Assembly (NCBI GenBank): GCA_965216325.1 | Contig: OZ244160.1 | Coordinates: 800,001-864,000 of the forward strand | DNA from: Coraliomargarita sp. | GTDB lineage: Bacteria; Verrucomicrobiota; Verrucomicrobiia; Opitutales; Coraliomargaritaceae | Length of the DNA stretch: 64,000 nucleotides | Reading direction: 5' to 3' | Notes under the pieces: model-generated | Database searches by the model: none | What the model saw: only the letters and a program-made list of their open reading frames with translations | What the model was told of the DNA's origin: nothing | In this document: positions 11,172 through 20,510 of the stretch, one piece after another | How the letters are laid out: each line of letters starts with the position of its first letter | Position numbering within the stretch: the stretch's first letter is position 1 | Made by a program: the position numbers and the translations under genes

Positions 11172-12557
11172 CTACAGGGCATCCAACGGGCTGAGTATCT
11201 GATCTGTCTGGTCTTCCATCACGTGCAGATAGATCATTGTGGTCTCCACGCAGGTATGCCCGAGAAACTCTTGAACGGTTCGTATATTGGTGCCGTTTTC
11301 CAGTAGATGCGTGGCGTAGCTGTGCCGCAGCACGTGCGAGTTCGAGCGTTTGGGGATTTCAGCCTCTGCTGCTGCCCTTGAGAGCTGCTTCTGGTAGGCT
11401 CTCGGCAGAACATGATGCCGCCGCTTGGGTGCATCCGGCTCGCCCCGAGGGTCCCTCGATAGCCGGTCCATCGGAAAAAACCAAAACCACGCCCAGCTCT
11501 TTGCGGCTTTCGGCATCTTCTTACCCAATGCATTGGGCAGATAGACGCCGGGCGTATCTGCCTTGCGGTCTGCCTCGTGTAGCGGACGTATCGCCTCTAA
11601 ATGCGCTTCAAGCGACGTCTTCAGTGACTTGGGTAGTGGCACACATCGGTCCTTATTGCCCTTCGAGGCGCGTATGTAGAGTTTGTTGCGTTCCAGATCA
11701 ATGTCCTTGACCCTCAAGCGGCACAGCTCGGAGATACGTAGGCCGCAGCCATACTGTAGCCGTGCCATCAAGGCCCATTTGCCGTGCATTTTGTCGAACA
11801 GTCGCTTGATCTCACCCATCGAATAGACGACCGGGTAATACTTCTTCGGATTTGCCTTCACGTAGTCGCTGAAGTCGCCCAGCTCTAGTTTCCGCACCTC
11901 CCGTAGGAAAAATACACCTGCATTGAGTGCCTGCTTCTGTGTGCTTGCTGCGATGCCTTCTTCCACTGCCAGATAGCTGAGGAAGCGTTTCAGAGCTGCC
12001 TCATCAAAATCCTCCAAGCCATTTTTGCTGCCCAGAAAGCGCTCCATTCGCCGAATCCAGCCAAGGTAGGCCTCCTCTGTCCGGTAAGACTTCTGCTGCA
12101 CCCGCATCAAGCGCACCGTCTCCTCATACCAAGGGTCAATCGGTGCCTGCTTCTGAAGCTCTGCGACTGTGTGTGCATACTGTTGGCGGCCATCCGCAAA
12201 TTCCCGTGCTGCAGTCGCTTCCGCGGATAGGTTTACCTCTCCGCGCTCCTCCCGCGGTTTAGGCCGTGCATTCGATTGTTTGGCCGGCTGCTCCGCAACG
12301 TTCCGGCGCTTTGCTGCCTCGCGGAAAAACCAGTTCAAGCCGTCCATCCACTGTTTTACCTGCCATTCTGCGGGGTGACGCGTCTCCACTAGGTGCTCAA
12401 TGAAATCGCGCGCTGAGGTCGTCGTTGCCGGGCTCGACTCCCGCTTTAAATGCCCCAGGAACCAGTTGATAATGATGCGGTGCCGTTCACGTTCACTCTC
12501 ATGCAGCCGTGCGGATTTGAGAGCCTCGGACCAATTAGGAAATGAGATTGTCGTCAT
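11172..12557 (-). CDS. intI: Integron integrase with long N-terminal extension
   Basis: YGCGLRISE, HVLRHSYATH and LGH..VETTMIY catalytic motifs, plus the IntI-specific insert VYLPNALGKK.P.A.KSWAWFWFFP...RRHHV; divergent from the cassette array; likely start ATG at 12557. Confidence 0.95.
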   Translation of the reverse strand: MTTISFPNWSEALKSARLHESERERHRIIINWFLGHLKRESSPATTTSARDFIEHLVETRHPAEWQVKQWMDGLNWFFREAAKRRNVAEQPAKQSNARPKPREERGEVNLSAEATAAREFADGRQQYAHTVAELQKQAPIDPWYEETVRLMRVQQKSYRTEEAYLGWIRRMERFLGSKNGLEDFDEAALKRFLSYLAVEEGIAASTQKQALNAGVFFLREVRKLELGDFSDYVKANPKKYYPVVYSMGEIKRLFDKMHGKWALMARLQYGCGLRISELCRLRVKDIDLERNKLYIRASKGNKDRCVPLPKSLKTSLEAHLEAIRPLHEADRKADTPGVYLPNALGKKMPKAAKSWAWFWFFPMDRLSRDPRGEPDAPKRRHHVLPRAYQKQLSRAAAEAEIPKRSNSHVLRHSYATHLLENGTNIRTVQEFLGHTCVETTMIYLHVMEDQTDQILSPLDAL

Positions 12558-12789
12558 AACCGAAATAGTGCACGTAAGTTCACTTTTCGCAAGTGAGATC
12601 AGCAAAATACCTGAAGTTCAGATCGCAGTGGCGTAGAAGCTCGCGCGCGCGTATTCGGAGACATTCTGACACACTGACTGTCGAGTTATACTGAAACGCC
12701 GCAATCTAAGTATGCTGCAATTCGCTCATATAGAGCAATTAGCGAATTTCTTTTTATTGGTCTTGTAACGTTTTAAGGATGATGCAAAT

Positions 12790-12823
12790 CTTTCAAAAAA
12801 TACACTAATAAAAACTGTTATGG
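12790..12823 (+). other. attI region; putative crossover G|TT at 12817
   Basis: GTTATGG (12817-12823) is the exact complement of the cassette 1 R'' CCATAAC; A-rich context upstream of intI. Confidence 0.7.
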
Positions 12824-13260
12824 AAATGAAATTTGAAGAAGTCAAAGATGCCAAAACAGTCCTGAAATATCTTTCCGAATCGGGCATCGGTGGGCTGAAT
12901 GAAAAAGAAATCGACAGGTGCATATCCCTTCTGTGCAAGTCCCACGTTCCATATACCGCAAAATCTGGCGGAGATATGAGAGTCATTGTCGCTTCGCAAC
13001 TTTTGAACACCGCGAAGCAGCAACTTTTTATACAAAGAATAGAAGAAGAAAATCAAAACACTCAGAATTGGTTCAAGGTTCTTGCTATAGGTTCCCTTGC
13101 AATAGGAGCCTTATCATTCCCATGGCAGGCAGGGATAGATACCCACAAATTATGCAGATTTGTCCTACCAGAACATATGACATCCAAATGCGGTGAGCCG
13201 AAGGAAATGGTGGACATCCAAGAGCAACCACAACCCTCTCAATCATCGAAGGAAACCAAT

Positions 13261-13266
<6 letters not shown>
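12820..13266 (+). CDS. Cassette 1 hypothetical protein with one TM segment
   Basis: ORF fills the cassette; stop lies within R''; the start may be 12826. Confidence 0.75.
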
Positions 13267-13809
<543 letters not shown>

Positions 13810-13813
<4 letters not shown>

Positions 13814-13871
13814 AACCAGACGCTACGGGGCAACGCCGCTAGCGCGCCGTCGCCCGAGCTTCACGTTATGA
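13810..13871 (+). other. attC2
   Basis: CTAGAAC (complement of GTTCTAG) ... GTTATGA. Confidence 0.9.
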
Positions 13872-14431
13872 AGTTAAAAATTGTTTTAACGCTCTTAGCT
13901 GCCACCTCAGCACTTTTTAGTGCTGGCGAGCCGAAGATCTATAAAGAAATCACTCTAGCCTTTGGGGATGTATATGGTGGGAACGATTGGGGAGTTTATC
14001 TCAATGGGGAACGATTGAACGAAACACTCGACGAAGCCCTTGAGAGGTATAGTGATACACCAATCCTATCTGTTATAGTTGAAGTAAACCCTAGATTGCC
14101 ACACAATCGAGGAGTATTAAATGGACATGACTTGTTTGAAGACCCAAACCTCGGTGATCGATATTTGATCAAGCAGGGAGAAGCACGAAAGCTGCGGTTC
14201 GTTCGAACACCTGTAACTCGCACAGAAGCATGGGCGCGCATCAAAGAATATATTCAGGAGCAAGAATTGGACATGAACGAAGTCAGGCTTCAGAGCATTA
14301 GATTTTTACATCGAGAAGAAACCAATCATTACAGATGGCATTTTATTTACCCTCGCAAGAGGGCCAGCGGAAAGCTTACCATATTCTACGATCTACTTAC
14401 CGACGGAATTACCCACGGATACGCCCCTTAA
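13868..14431 (+). CDS. Cassette 3 hypothetical exported protein
   Basis: Signal-peptide-like MKLKIVLTLLAATSALFSA; ATG lies inside R'. Confidence 0.8.
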   Translation: MKLKIVLTLLAATSALFSAGEPKIYKEITLAFGDVYGGNDWGVYLNGERLNETLDEALERYSDTPILSVIVEVNPRLPHNRGVLNGHDLFEDPNLGDRYLIKQGEARKLRFVRTPVTRTEAWARIKEYIQEQELDMNEVRLQSIRFLHREETNHYRWHFIYPRKRASGKLTIFYDLLTDGITHGYAP

Positions 14432-14436
14432 CACAA

Positions 14437-14497
<61 letters not shown>

Positions 14498-14504
14498 AAA
14501 TAAA

Positions 14505-14909
14505 ATGATCATTCTCATTTCAGCCATAGGACTCACGATAGCACTCGGGCTACTCTGCATAGCCGTAAGGAACAAAAGAACCTGGCTACAAATGACCATT
14601 GCAGCGGTGTCAATTTTAGCAGCAGCTATTGTCTCTGGTAATATCGGAGTCGTAGTTGGAAGCAGCTTAGAAGAGAATAAAAATAGAATACTGATTCACG
14701 ATTTAGCATCAGAGCTAAAACGAATACCTGAAGGATCTAGAACATTACTGGATCACTCCTTAATCGATTTAAACGAAGCACACCAAAAGAAAGATGATGC
14801 TGACTTAGTCCAGAAAGACTATGTCTCGATGGCGGAGATAGCTTTGATCTCCAATGCACGATCCTACTCACTAGAAAAGCAGCCCCAACAAGACGGAGTG
14901 AGCAACTAG
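14505..14909 (+). CDS. Cassette 4 hypothetical membrane protein
   Basis: Two N-terminal hydrophobic helices; the ORF reads into attC4. Confidence 0.75.
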   Translation: MIILISAIGLTIALGLLCIAVRNKRTWLQMTIAAVSILAAAIVSGNIGVVVGSSLEENKNRILIHDLASELKRIPEGSRTLLDHSLIDLNEAHQKKDDADLVQKDYVSMAEIALISNARSYSLEKQPQQDGVSN

Positions 14910-14948
14910 TGTGCTGCGCCCACTAGTCGCTCATCCTCGACGTTAGAC
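14883..14948 (+). other. attC4
   Basis: CCCCAAC, GAGTGAGCAACTAGTG/CACTAGTCGCTCATCCTC arms, GTTAGAC. Confidence 0.9.
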
Positions 14949-14955
14949 AGAAATA

Positions 14956-15486
14956 ATGAAATCAAAAATCTCAGCACTCTGGAAGTTCATCAACACCCCG
15001 ATAATCATACTGCTGCTTGCGTGTTTAGCACTCCCCCTGGTGTTGCAAACCTTTCTATCAGTCATCTACAGAATCGAGCGGCTTAGTCATTCATACCAAG
15101 ACAATTCCATAGTATTAAATCCAACTCGCTTTAAGGAAGTCAGAGATAAAATCATCTGGTCTCAATTTGAAATGAGAGAAGACTTAGGACGTAAAGACCT
15201 CCTGTTTTTTCCGAAAATCAAAAATGAATCGAACGAAACACTAACAGCAATCAGAGCATCACTCCTAATTTATGACGAAGAAGGGAAACTACTAGACGTA
15301 ACACCTATATTTATTCAGTCAGAGTATTTGTTCCCAGGAGAGGAATACACAGCAAAAATATCGATTAAATATGGCTTTTCTAGCATGCCATCCGCAGATC
15401 TACGTGCAGCTGTAATTGATGGAAAGCAAAAGCTGAAATTTGAAGGCAGGATCGACAACTTCTCAGTTATTCGAGACGTCCGCTAA
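14956..15486 (+). CDS. Cassette 5 membrane-anchored protein, FxLYD-like domain
   Basis: N-terminal TM helix; IKNESNE..LLIYDEEGKLLD..LFPGE pattern. Confidence 0.7.
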   Translation: MKSKISALWKFINTPIIILLLACLALPLVLQTFLSVIYRIERLSHSYQDNSIVLNPTRFKEVRDKIIWSQFEMREDLGRKDLLFFPKIKNESNETLTAIRASLLIYDEEGKLLDVTPIFIQSEYLFPGEEYTAKISIKYGFSSMPSADLRAAVIDGKQKLKFEGRIDNFSVIRDVR

Positions 15487-15507
15487 ACTAGAACCGAAGT
15501 AAATTAG

Positions 15508-15833
<326 letters not shown>

Positions 15834-16139
15834 GTTGAACAAGCCCGCCCTTGGATTAACGGCGCGGCTTAGTATATGCGAAACGCTTTTGGCGGCACTG
15901 CTGGAGGGGCGTTCGGATCGACGCGGCTAGGAGATTTGTAAATCTCAAGCTGCGGCAGGCATGTGGTTTTCCGGCATCATGCCGTAAAACCACATCAGCA
16001 CAGAGAGTTGGTGTGGGCGCAGCTAAATAATGGCGTTTTCGTATCCACGCTACGGATACATCCCAAAAACGGGCACAAGCAAGCACGGCCCAAATCTGAT
16101 GGGATTCGGGGCTGCGGCCTGTCTGTTGAACACGGTTGA

Positions 16140-17243
16140 TCATTTGCGGTAAAGTAAGGCGGTGCTCAGCGGTGGGCCACGGACTGGACGGAGCTTGCCG
16201 ACGCGGTGCAGCTGCCCCTCGCAACAAGGACAACGCAGAGGCTGTTCTTCAGGTAGTTGGATCGCAGGTGCACGGCCGCCGAGCAGGAAGCGCAGCCTGC
16301 GGTATTTATCCCGCGCGGCAGCTGAGAGGGTGCCATAGTGCCGCACGCGTGTCAGCCCCTTGGGCAGAACATGCAGCAGCCAGCGGCGTATCAGCTCGGC
16401 GGGCTCAAGAGCCATCAGCCTGCGCTGGCCCGTAGCCGAATCGGTCCACCATAGCCGCACACGCCCTTGCGCATCGTAACCAGCCAGACGTTCTTCACTG
16501 AAGGCGCTCTTGCCCACATACGCCGCGAGGTAGCGTAGTGCACGTTTGCCACGACCAACCGGTTGAACGTTCACGTTCCAATCCATACGCGCGAGTTGTG
16601 GATCCAGTTCAGCAGACCGGCCCGGATGTTTCTCGCGCAACGCACGCAGGAACTGGTCGCGATAGCTGCGCGCCAGCGCGGCATACGGCAACAGGTAGTT
16701 CTCGTGCTTGGCGCGGATTACTTCGCATCCGCTCTGGCTGAGTGCAGCGGCAGGCACGAGCACGTGCACATGCGGGTGATACTGCACTTGCCGTGTCCAC
16801 GTATGCAGCACCGCCACAAAGCCCGGCTCGCCACCAAAGTGCTTCGGATTGGCAAACAGTTCTTTGATCGCTCCAGAGCTGGCCGCGAACAACAACTGAT
16901 AGGCGACCCGGTCGTAGCGCAGGAAGAACCCGCGCAGTTGCTCGGGCACCGTGAAGGTCAGCATGAAGTATGGCACCGGTAAGCGGCGAGCCTGTTGGCG
17001 TGCTGACCACAGCTGCTGCGTGCGCCCTCCACAACTCGGACAGGCTCGATGGTTGCAGCTGTGATACACATAGTGCTCACGCTCGCAACTGGCACACAGG
17101 TGCACATGCCCGCCCAATCTAGACGTGCGACAACTCAAGACGGCTTCGACTGCTCGCCAGTGTGCGGCAGGGATCTTGTGTGCCCCGCCGCGCGCGCTGA
17201 CATACTCCGGCCAATGCCGCCGCAGTAGATCGGCCAGCCTCAA
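16140..17243 (-). CDS. IS91-family (HUH Y2) rolling-circle transposase
   Basis: Zn-binding CRT..LGG..CASC..HSCNHRACPSC, TFTVP, HUH motif HPHVH, YLAAY, HVLPKG..RVRHYG. Confidence 0.93.
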   Translation of the reverse strand: MRLADLLRRHWPEYVSARGGAHKIPAAHWRAVEAVLSCRTSRLGGHVHLCASCEREHYVYHSCNHRACPSCGGRTQQLWSARQQARRLPVPYFMLTFTVPEQLRGFFLRYDRVAYQLLFAASSGAIKELFANPKHFGGEPGFVAVLHTWTRQVQYHPHVHVLVPAAALSQSGCEVIRAKHENYLLPYAALARSYRDQFLRALREKHPGRSAELDPQLARMDWNVNVQPVGRGKRALRYLAAYVGKSAFSEERLAGYDAQGRVRLWWTDSATGQRRLMALEPAELIRRWLLHVLPKGLTRVRHYGTLSAAARDKYRRLRFLLGGRAPAIQLPEEQPLRCPCCEGQLHRVGKLRPVRGPPLSTALLYRK

Positions 17244-18205
17244 CGCTTGCTGCGCTTCGACAAGGCCGGAGCGATCACACTGTCAAACAGTGCGCTCTGG
17301 CTCTGGCGGCCACCTTCTTCACTTAGCTCGGTTACATGCAGATACACCAGCGTGCTCTTCAGTTCCGAGTGGCCGAGATAGCGACTGACCTGACGAATCG
17401 ACACCCCGTCCTCCAGCAAATGTGTGGCAAAACTATGCCGCAAGGTATGCACCGTGAAGTGCTTGTTGATGCCACTATTGGCGCGGATGATCCGCATCGC
17501 CATCTCCAGCGCCGAGCTGCTCATCGGCTTGGCGCTGCGGTGCATCGCCTGCGCCTGAGAGATGCCTGACTGCTTCCAGCCGCGCCCCACGCCAGGGAAC
17601 AGCCAGTCCGGATTGCGGTGGCACTTATAAAATGCCCGCAACCGCTTGACCATTGCCGGGCAAATCGGCACCTCACGCGCCTTGTTGCCCTTGCCATGGC
17701 GCACGCGAACGACGCCGCGTCCAGAGTCGATATCCGTCGGCTTGAGCTGCAAGGCCTCCTGTAAACGCAAACCACAGTGATAGATCAGCGAGAGCACCGC
17801 CCGAAAGCGACCCTCATGCACACAGGCCAGCACACGCCGCACCTCGTCGCGCGTGAGCACGCTCGGCAAAGGCTCGCGCCGCTGCAGCGTGAACTCCGAC
17901 CACAGCTTCCACTCCCGGGCCAGCACATCACGGTAAAGCGTCCGAATCGGCACCAGCGCCTGATTCACCGTTGACGCGGCCAGCTTTTGGTCGTCGCGCA
18001 GGTAGATCAGATAGTCCAACACCTGACGTTCCGATAGACGGCGCAACCCCGGGCCCTTCGGTTGGTAGTGCTCGCCCAAGCGATTGACCCAATCCAGATA
18101 AGCCTTACGACTACGAGGCGAGTGAGCTTTGCTATGGACATGCGCATAGAACTGTTGATACGTTTGCGAACACTGAGTCTTTGATGATTTGGTATTTTTT
18201 TTCAT
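17240..18205 (-). CDS. Tyrosine recombinase associated with the IS91-like transposase
   Basis: YHCGLRLQE, GKGNKAR, HTLRHSFATHLLE, LGHS..STLVY; lacks the IntI insert; 4-bp TTGA overlap with the transposase start. Confidence 0.93.
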   Translation of the reverse strand: MKKNTKSSKTQCSQTYQQFYAHVHSKAHSPRSRKAYLDWVNRLGEHYQPKGPGLRRLSERQVLDYLIYLRDDQKLAASTVNQALVPIRTLYRDVLAREWKLWSEFTLQRREPLPSVLTRDEVRRVLACVHEGRFRAVLSLIYHCGLRLQEALQLKPTDIDSGRGVVRVRHGKGNKAREVPICPAMVKRLRAFYKCHRNPDWLFPGVGRGWKQSGISQAQAMHRSAKPMSSSALEMAMRIIRANSGINKHFTVHTLRHSFATHLLEDGVSIRQVSRYLGHSELKSTLVYLHVTELSEEGGRQSQSALFDSVIAPALSKRSKR

Positions 18206-18309
18206 CCGGGCAGGTTGGGGCAACTCAGCCTAGCCCGGAACTTTTGACTTTAGAAACCACCCACCAAGACGCCCAAGCACTTAACCAACAGCCGCCGCGC
18301 AGCGGCTTT

Positions 18310-18365
18310 GTTCAACCAGACAGAGTGAGCAACGGCATACGCCGCGCTCATCTTCGACGTTCACT
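18310..18365 (+). other. attC7
   Basis: GTTCAAC ... GAGTGAGCAAC ... CGCTCATCTTC ... GTTCACT; same family as attC4 and attC8. Confidence 0.88.
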
Positions 18366-18374
18366 GGAAAGAAA

Positions 18375-18411
18375 TTGACATTTTAATGTTTTAGCGTTTT
18401 AGTGCTAAATT
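18375..18411 (+). promoter_or_regulatory. Putative internal promoter/operator of TA cassette 8
   Basis: TTGACA at 18375, 17-bp spacer, TTTAGT; repeated TTTTAG motifs just before the ATG. Confidence 0.55.
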
Positions 18412-18633
18412 ATGAAACGCGCTACCGTATATTTTGAAGAGGACCTCCACCTGGCCCTCAAAATGAAGTCTGCTGAGATTTCAACTCCAGTGTCTGAACT
18501 AGTGAATGACGCTGTCCGTTCGGCACTGCTCGAAGACGCTGAGGACTTAGAAGCATTCAAAGAAAGAGAGAATGAACCCGTAATCGACTTTGAAGCTTTT
18601 GTTGCTGCGCTAAAAGAAGATGGAAAGCTATAA
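18412..18633 (+). CDS. Cassette 8 antitoxin (CopG/ribbon-helix-helix)
   Basis: MKRATVYF beta-strand, SELVNDAVR, acidic C-terminus; overlaps the toxin gene. Confidence 0.85.
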   Translation: MKRATVYFEEDLHLALKMKSAEISTPVSELVNDAVRSALLEDAEDLEAFKERENEPVIDFEAFVAALKEDGKL

Positions 18634-18880
18634 GATCGTCATCAAGAAATCGGCAGCGAAAGAAATCGAGAAAATCGAAAAGAAAGACCGAATTCGTATT
18701 GTTGAGAAGATTCGAACCCTCGCTCAAGACCCACACCCAGCAGGGAGTAAAAAACTTTCAGGACAAGAAAAATATAGAATCAGACAAGGCAACTACAGAA
18801 TCTTGTATCAGGTTATTGATACAAAATTAGTCATCAATGTTGTTAAAGTGGGACATCGCCGAGACGTCTACAAAAACTGA
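18620..18880 (+). CDS. Cassette 8 RelE/ParE-family toxin
   Basis: KSAAKEIEK, KKLSG, YRIRQGNYRILY, VKVGHRRDVY. Confidence 0.92.
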   Translation: MESYKIVIKKSAAKEIEKIEKKDRIRIVEKIRTLAQDPHPAGSKKLSGQEKYRIRQGNYRILYQVIDTKLVINVVKVGHRRDVYKN

Positions 18881-18940
18881 CGTGAACCAGTCGGAGTGAG
18901 CAACGGGACAATCGCCCCGCGCTCATCCTTTACGTTAACG
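18881..18940 (+). other. attC8
   Basis: CGTGAAC (pairs with GTTCACT, 1 mismatch) ... GTTAACG. Confidence 0.88.
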
Positions 18941-18973
18941 CCGTCGCCACATCTCGACGATCGACGAAAGAAC

Positions 18974-19411
18974 ATGAAGCTCAAGATCCCTATCGTTTTG
19001 ACAATTTTTGCCGCAAGTAACCTCCTTGCGGTCACAGCAACTAAAGAATTGGACGCTGGGTTGTTGTCCATTTTCGAGCAGATGCAGTCAGGTTCGGATG
19101 CTTCAAAGCTCAAAGGAAAAGAATTTTGTGCCGACCTGACAGTGAAGATCGCCACGGAAAAGTTGCTGATATTCACGGATGCTTACCTCCAAGCGGATGA
19201 AGAAACAAAATACCAAATCGGGAAGTGGATATTCACGCCGAATCAAGTTTCTGAAGTCGCAGCAAAGCGTGGAGATGCATTGACAGTAAAGTTTAAGATA
19301 GAAGAGGTCAGAACAGAAGCGCCCTACGCAGACATGCCACACTTTACCGCAACGATCCTATCCATGGAGCCGACAGGAAGCATGGTTGATCCAGTCGATG
19401 GTGGACAATAG
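18974..19411 (+). CDS. Cassette 9 hypothetical exported protein
   Basis: Start ATG 18974, signal-peptide-like MKLKIPIVLTIFAASNLLA; stop lies inside attC9. Confidence 0.75.
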   Translation: MKLKIPIVLTIFAASNLLAVTATKELDAGLLSIFEQMQSGSDASKLKGKEFCADLTVKIATEKLLIFTDAYLQADEETKYQIGKWIFTPNQVSEVAAKRGDALTVKFKIEEVRTEAPYADMPHFTATILSMEPTGSMVDPVDGGQ

Positions 19412-19452
19412 ATTTCGCTGCGCTCATCTATTGCCACATCTCACCGTTGGGG
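19385..19452 (+). other. attC9 (ATC core)
   Basis: GTTGATC, GATGGTGGACAATAGAT/ATCTATTGCCACATC arms, GTTGGGG. Confidence 0.82.
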
Positions 19453-19462
19453 AGAAGAAAAC

Positions 19463-19507
19463 TTGAAAAAAACGGAAAAAGAACTTAATTTAGACTCATT
19501 ATGAGTC
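19463..19507 (+). promoter_or_regulatory. Putative promoter and palindromic operator of TA cassette 10
   Basis: TTGAAA at 19463; palindrome GACTCAT-T-ATGAGTC (19493-19507) overlaps the start codon. Confidence 0.6.
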
Positions 19508-19752
19508 CAATTTTAAGCCCGTATTCGGCCAGTATATCAGAGCTAAAAAAGAATCCCAGCCAGCTTATAGAACAAGCTGACGGTGAAGTAGTTGCCATTC
19601 TAAACCACAATAAGCCAACAGCTTACCTAATCCCAGCAGAGACCTATGAGTGGATTAGCAACCTAATCGAAGATCAGGAACTACGAGATATTATTGAACA
19701 AAGAGAAGCAGAGAAAACACAGGCAAAGGAAATTAGCCTAGATGAGCTATAA
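19501..19752 (+). CDS. Cassette 10 Phd/YefM (StbD-like) antitoxin
   Basis: ASISELKKNP, VAILNHNKP.AYLIP. Confidence 0.92.
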   Translation: MSPILSPYSASISELKKNPSQLIEQADGEVVAILNHNKPTAYLIPAETYEWISNLIEDQELRDIIEQREAEKTQAKEISLDEL

Positions 19753-20029
19753 ACTAAAATTCCTACCGAGTGCTCTCAAGGAATGGAATAAAATCGGATC
19801 TACTATCCGAGGGCAGCTAAAAAAGAAGCTGGAGGAGAGATTGAAGGAACCAGTAGTTCCCGGGGACCGACTTCATGGCTTTAAAAATCACTATAAGATT
19901 AAGCTTCGATCCTCCGGTTACAGATTAGTCTACGAAGTCGATGATGGAGAAATCTCAGTCATCGTTATTACCGTTGGGAAGCGAGAGCGGTCAGAAGTCT
20001 ACAGTAAGGCTGAGACGCGCAGCAAGTAA
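19742..20029 (+). CDS. Cassette 10 RelE/StbE toxin
   Basis: ALKEW, YKIKLRSSGYRLVY, VGKRERSEVY. Confidence 0.93.
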   Translation: MSYKLKFLPSALKEWNKIGSTIRGQLKKKLEERLKEPVVPGDRLHGFKNHYKIKLRSSGYRLVYEVDDGEISVIVITVGKRERSEVYSKAETRSK

Positions 20030-20042
20030 CCCCAAACGCCGT

Positions 20043-20510
20043 TTACTGATGGATCAAGGTGAACGCTTGGCTCGTAGACGCGTTTCTCAGGATCGCCATC
20101 GCTTGTTGCTCGGCTGCGCGCATGGCGGCGCGATCTTCGTCATTGCGATCGTCATAACCCGCCAGATGCAGCCAGCCGTGAATTAGATACAGGCTCAGTT
20201 CGTCGCTGAAGGTTTCCTCCAGTTCGGCGGCCTTGGTTTGCGCGTGATCGACGGAGACGATGATTTCTCCAGCGGACTCCATTTCCTCGTCGGCGGGAAA
20301 GGTAATCACATCTGTAGCGGTCGGGTCGTCCATGAAGTCGTCGTGGATTTGGCCGATCTCTTCGTCGCAAACGAAGACAATGGAGAGCTCACCGGGAGTG
20401 ATCGGGAACTGGCCCGATGCTTCGATTGCAGCGAAGAGTGCGCGCGTGGCCGATTCGGGCTCACTTAGGCGCTTATACCGGTTGTTGATTTCCAGCTGTA
20501 TCGCGCTCAT
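20043..20510 (-). CDS. ybeY: rRNA maturation endoribonuclease YbeY
   Basis: TDVITFP, GEIIVS, HGWLHLAGYD; start ATG at 20510. Confidence 0.92.
   Translation of the reverse strand: MSAIQLEINNRYKRLSEPESATRALFAAIEASGQFPITPGELSIVFVCDEEIGQIHDDFMDDPTATDVITFPADEEMESAGEIIVSVDHAQTKAAELEETFSDELSLYLIHGWLHLAGYDDRNDEDRAAMRAAEQQAMAILRNASTSQAFTLIHQ

Larger units (their letters stand above)
15834..18358 (-). mobile_element. Cassette 7: tyrosine recombinase + IS91-like transposase element, inverted relative to the array
   Basis: Opens with GTTGAAC (15834), closes with GTTCAAC (18310) followed by a full attC; GC-richer than neighbouring cassettes. Confidence 0.85.

Noticed and set aside
12558..12816. SOS (LexA) box in the intI promoter region
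   Set aside because: I found no convincing CTGT-N8-ACAG or TGTTC-N4-GAACA motif by eye
15856..16233. 125-aa minus-strand ORF downstream of the transposase
   Set aside because: It overlaps the transposase end, has no motifs and is probably the element's non-coding terminal region
18896..18973. N-terminal extension of the cassette 9 ORF in the track
   Set aside because: It runs through attC8; the signal peptide starts at ATG 18974
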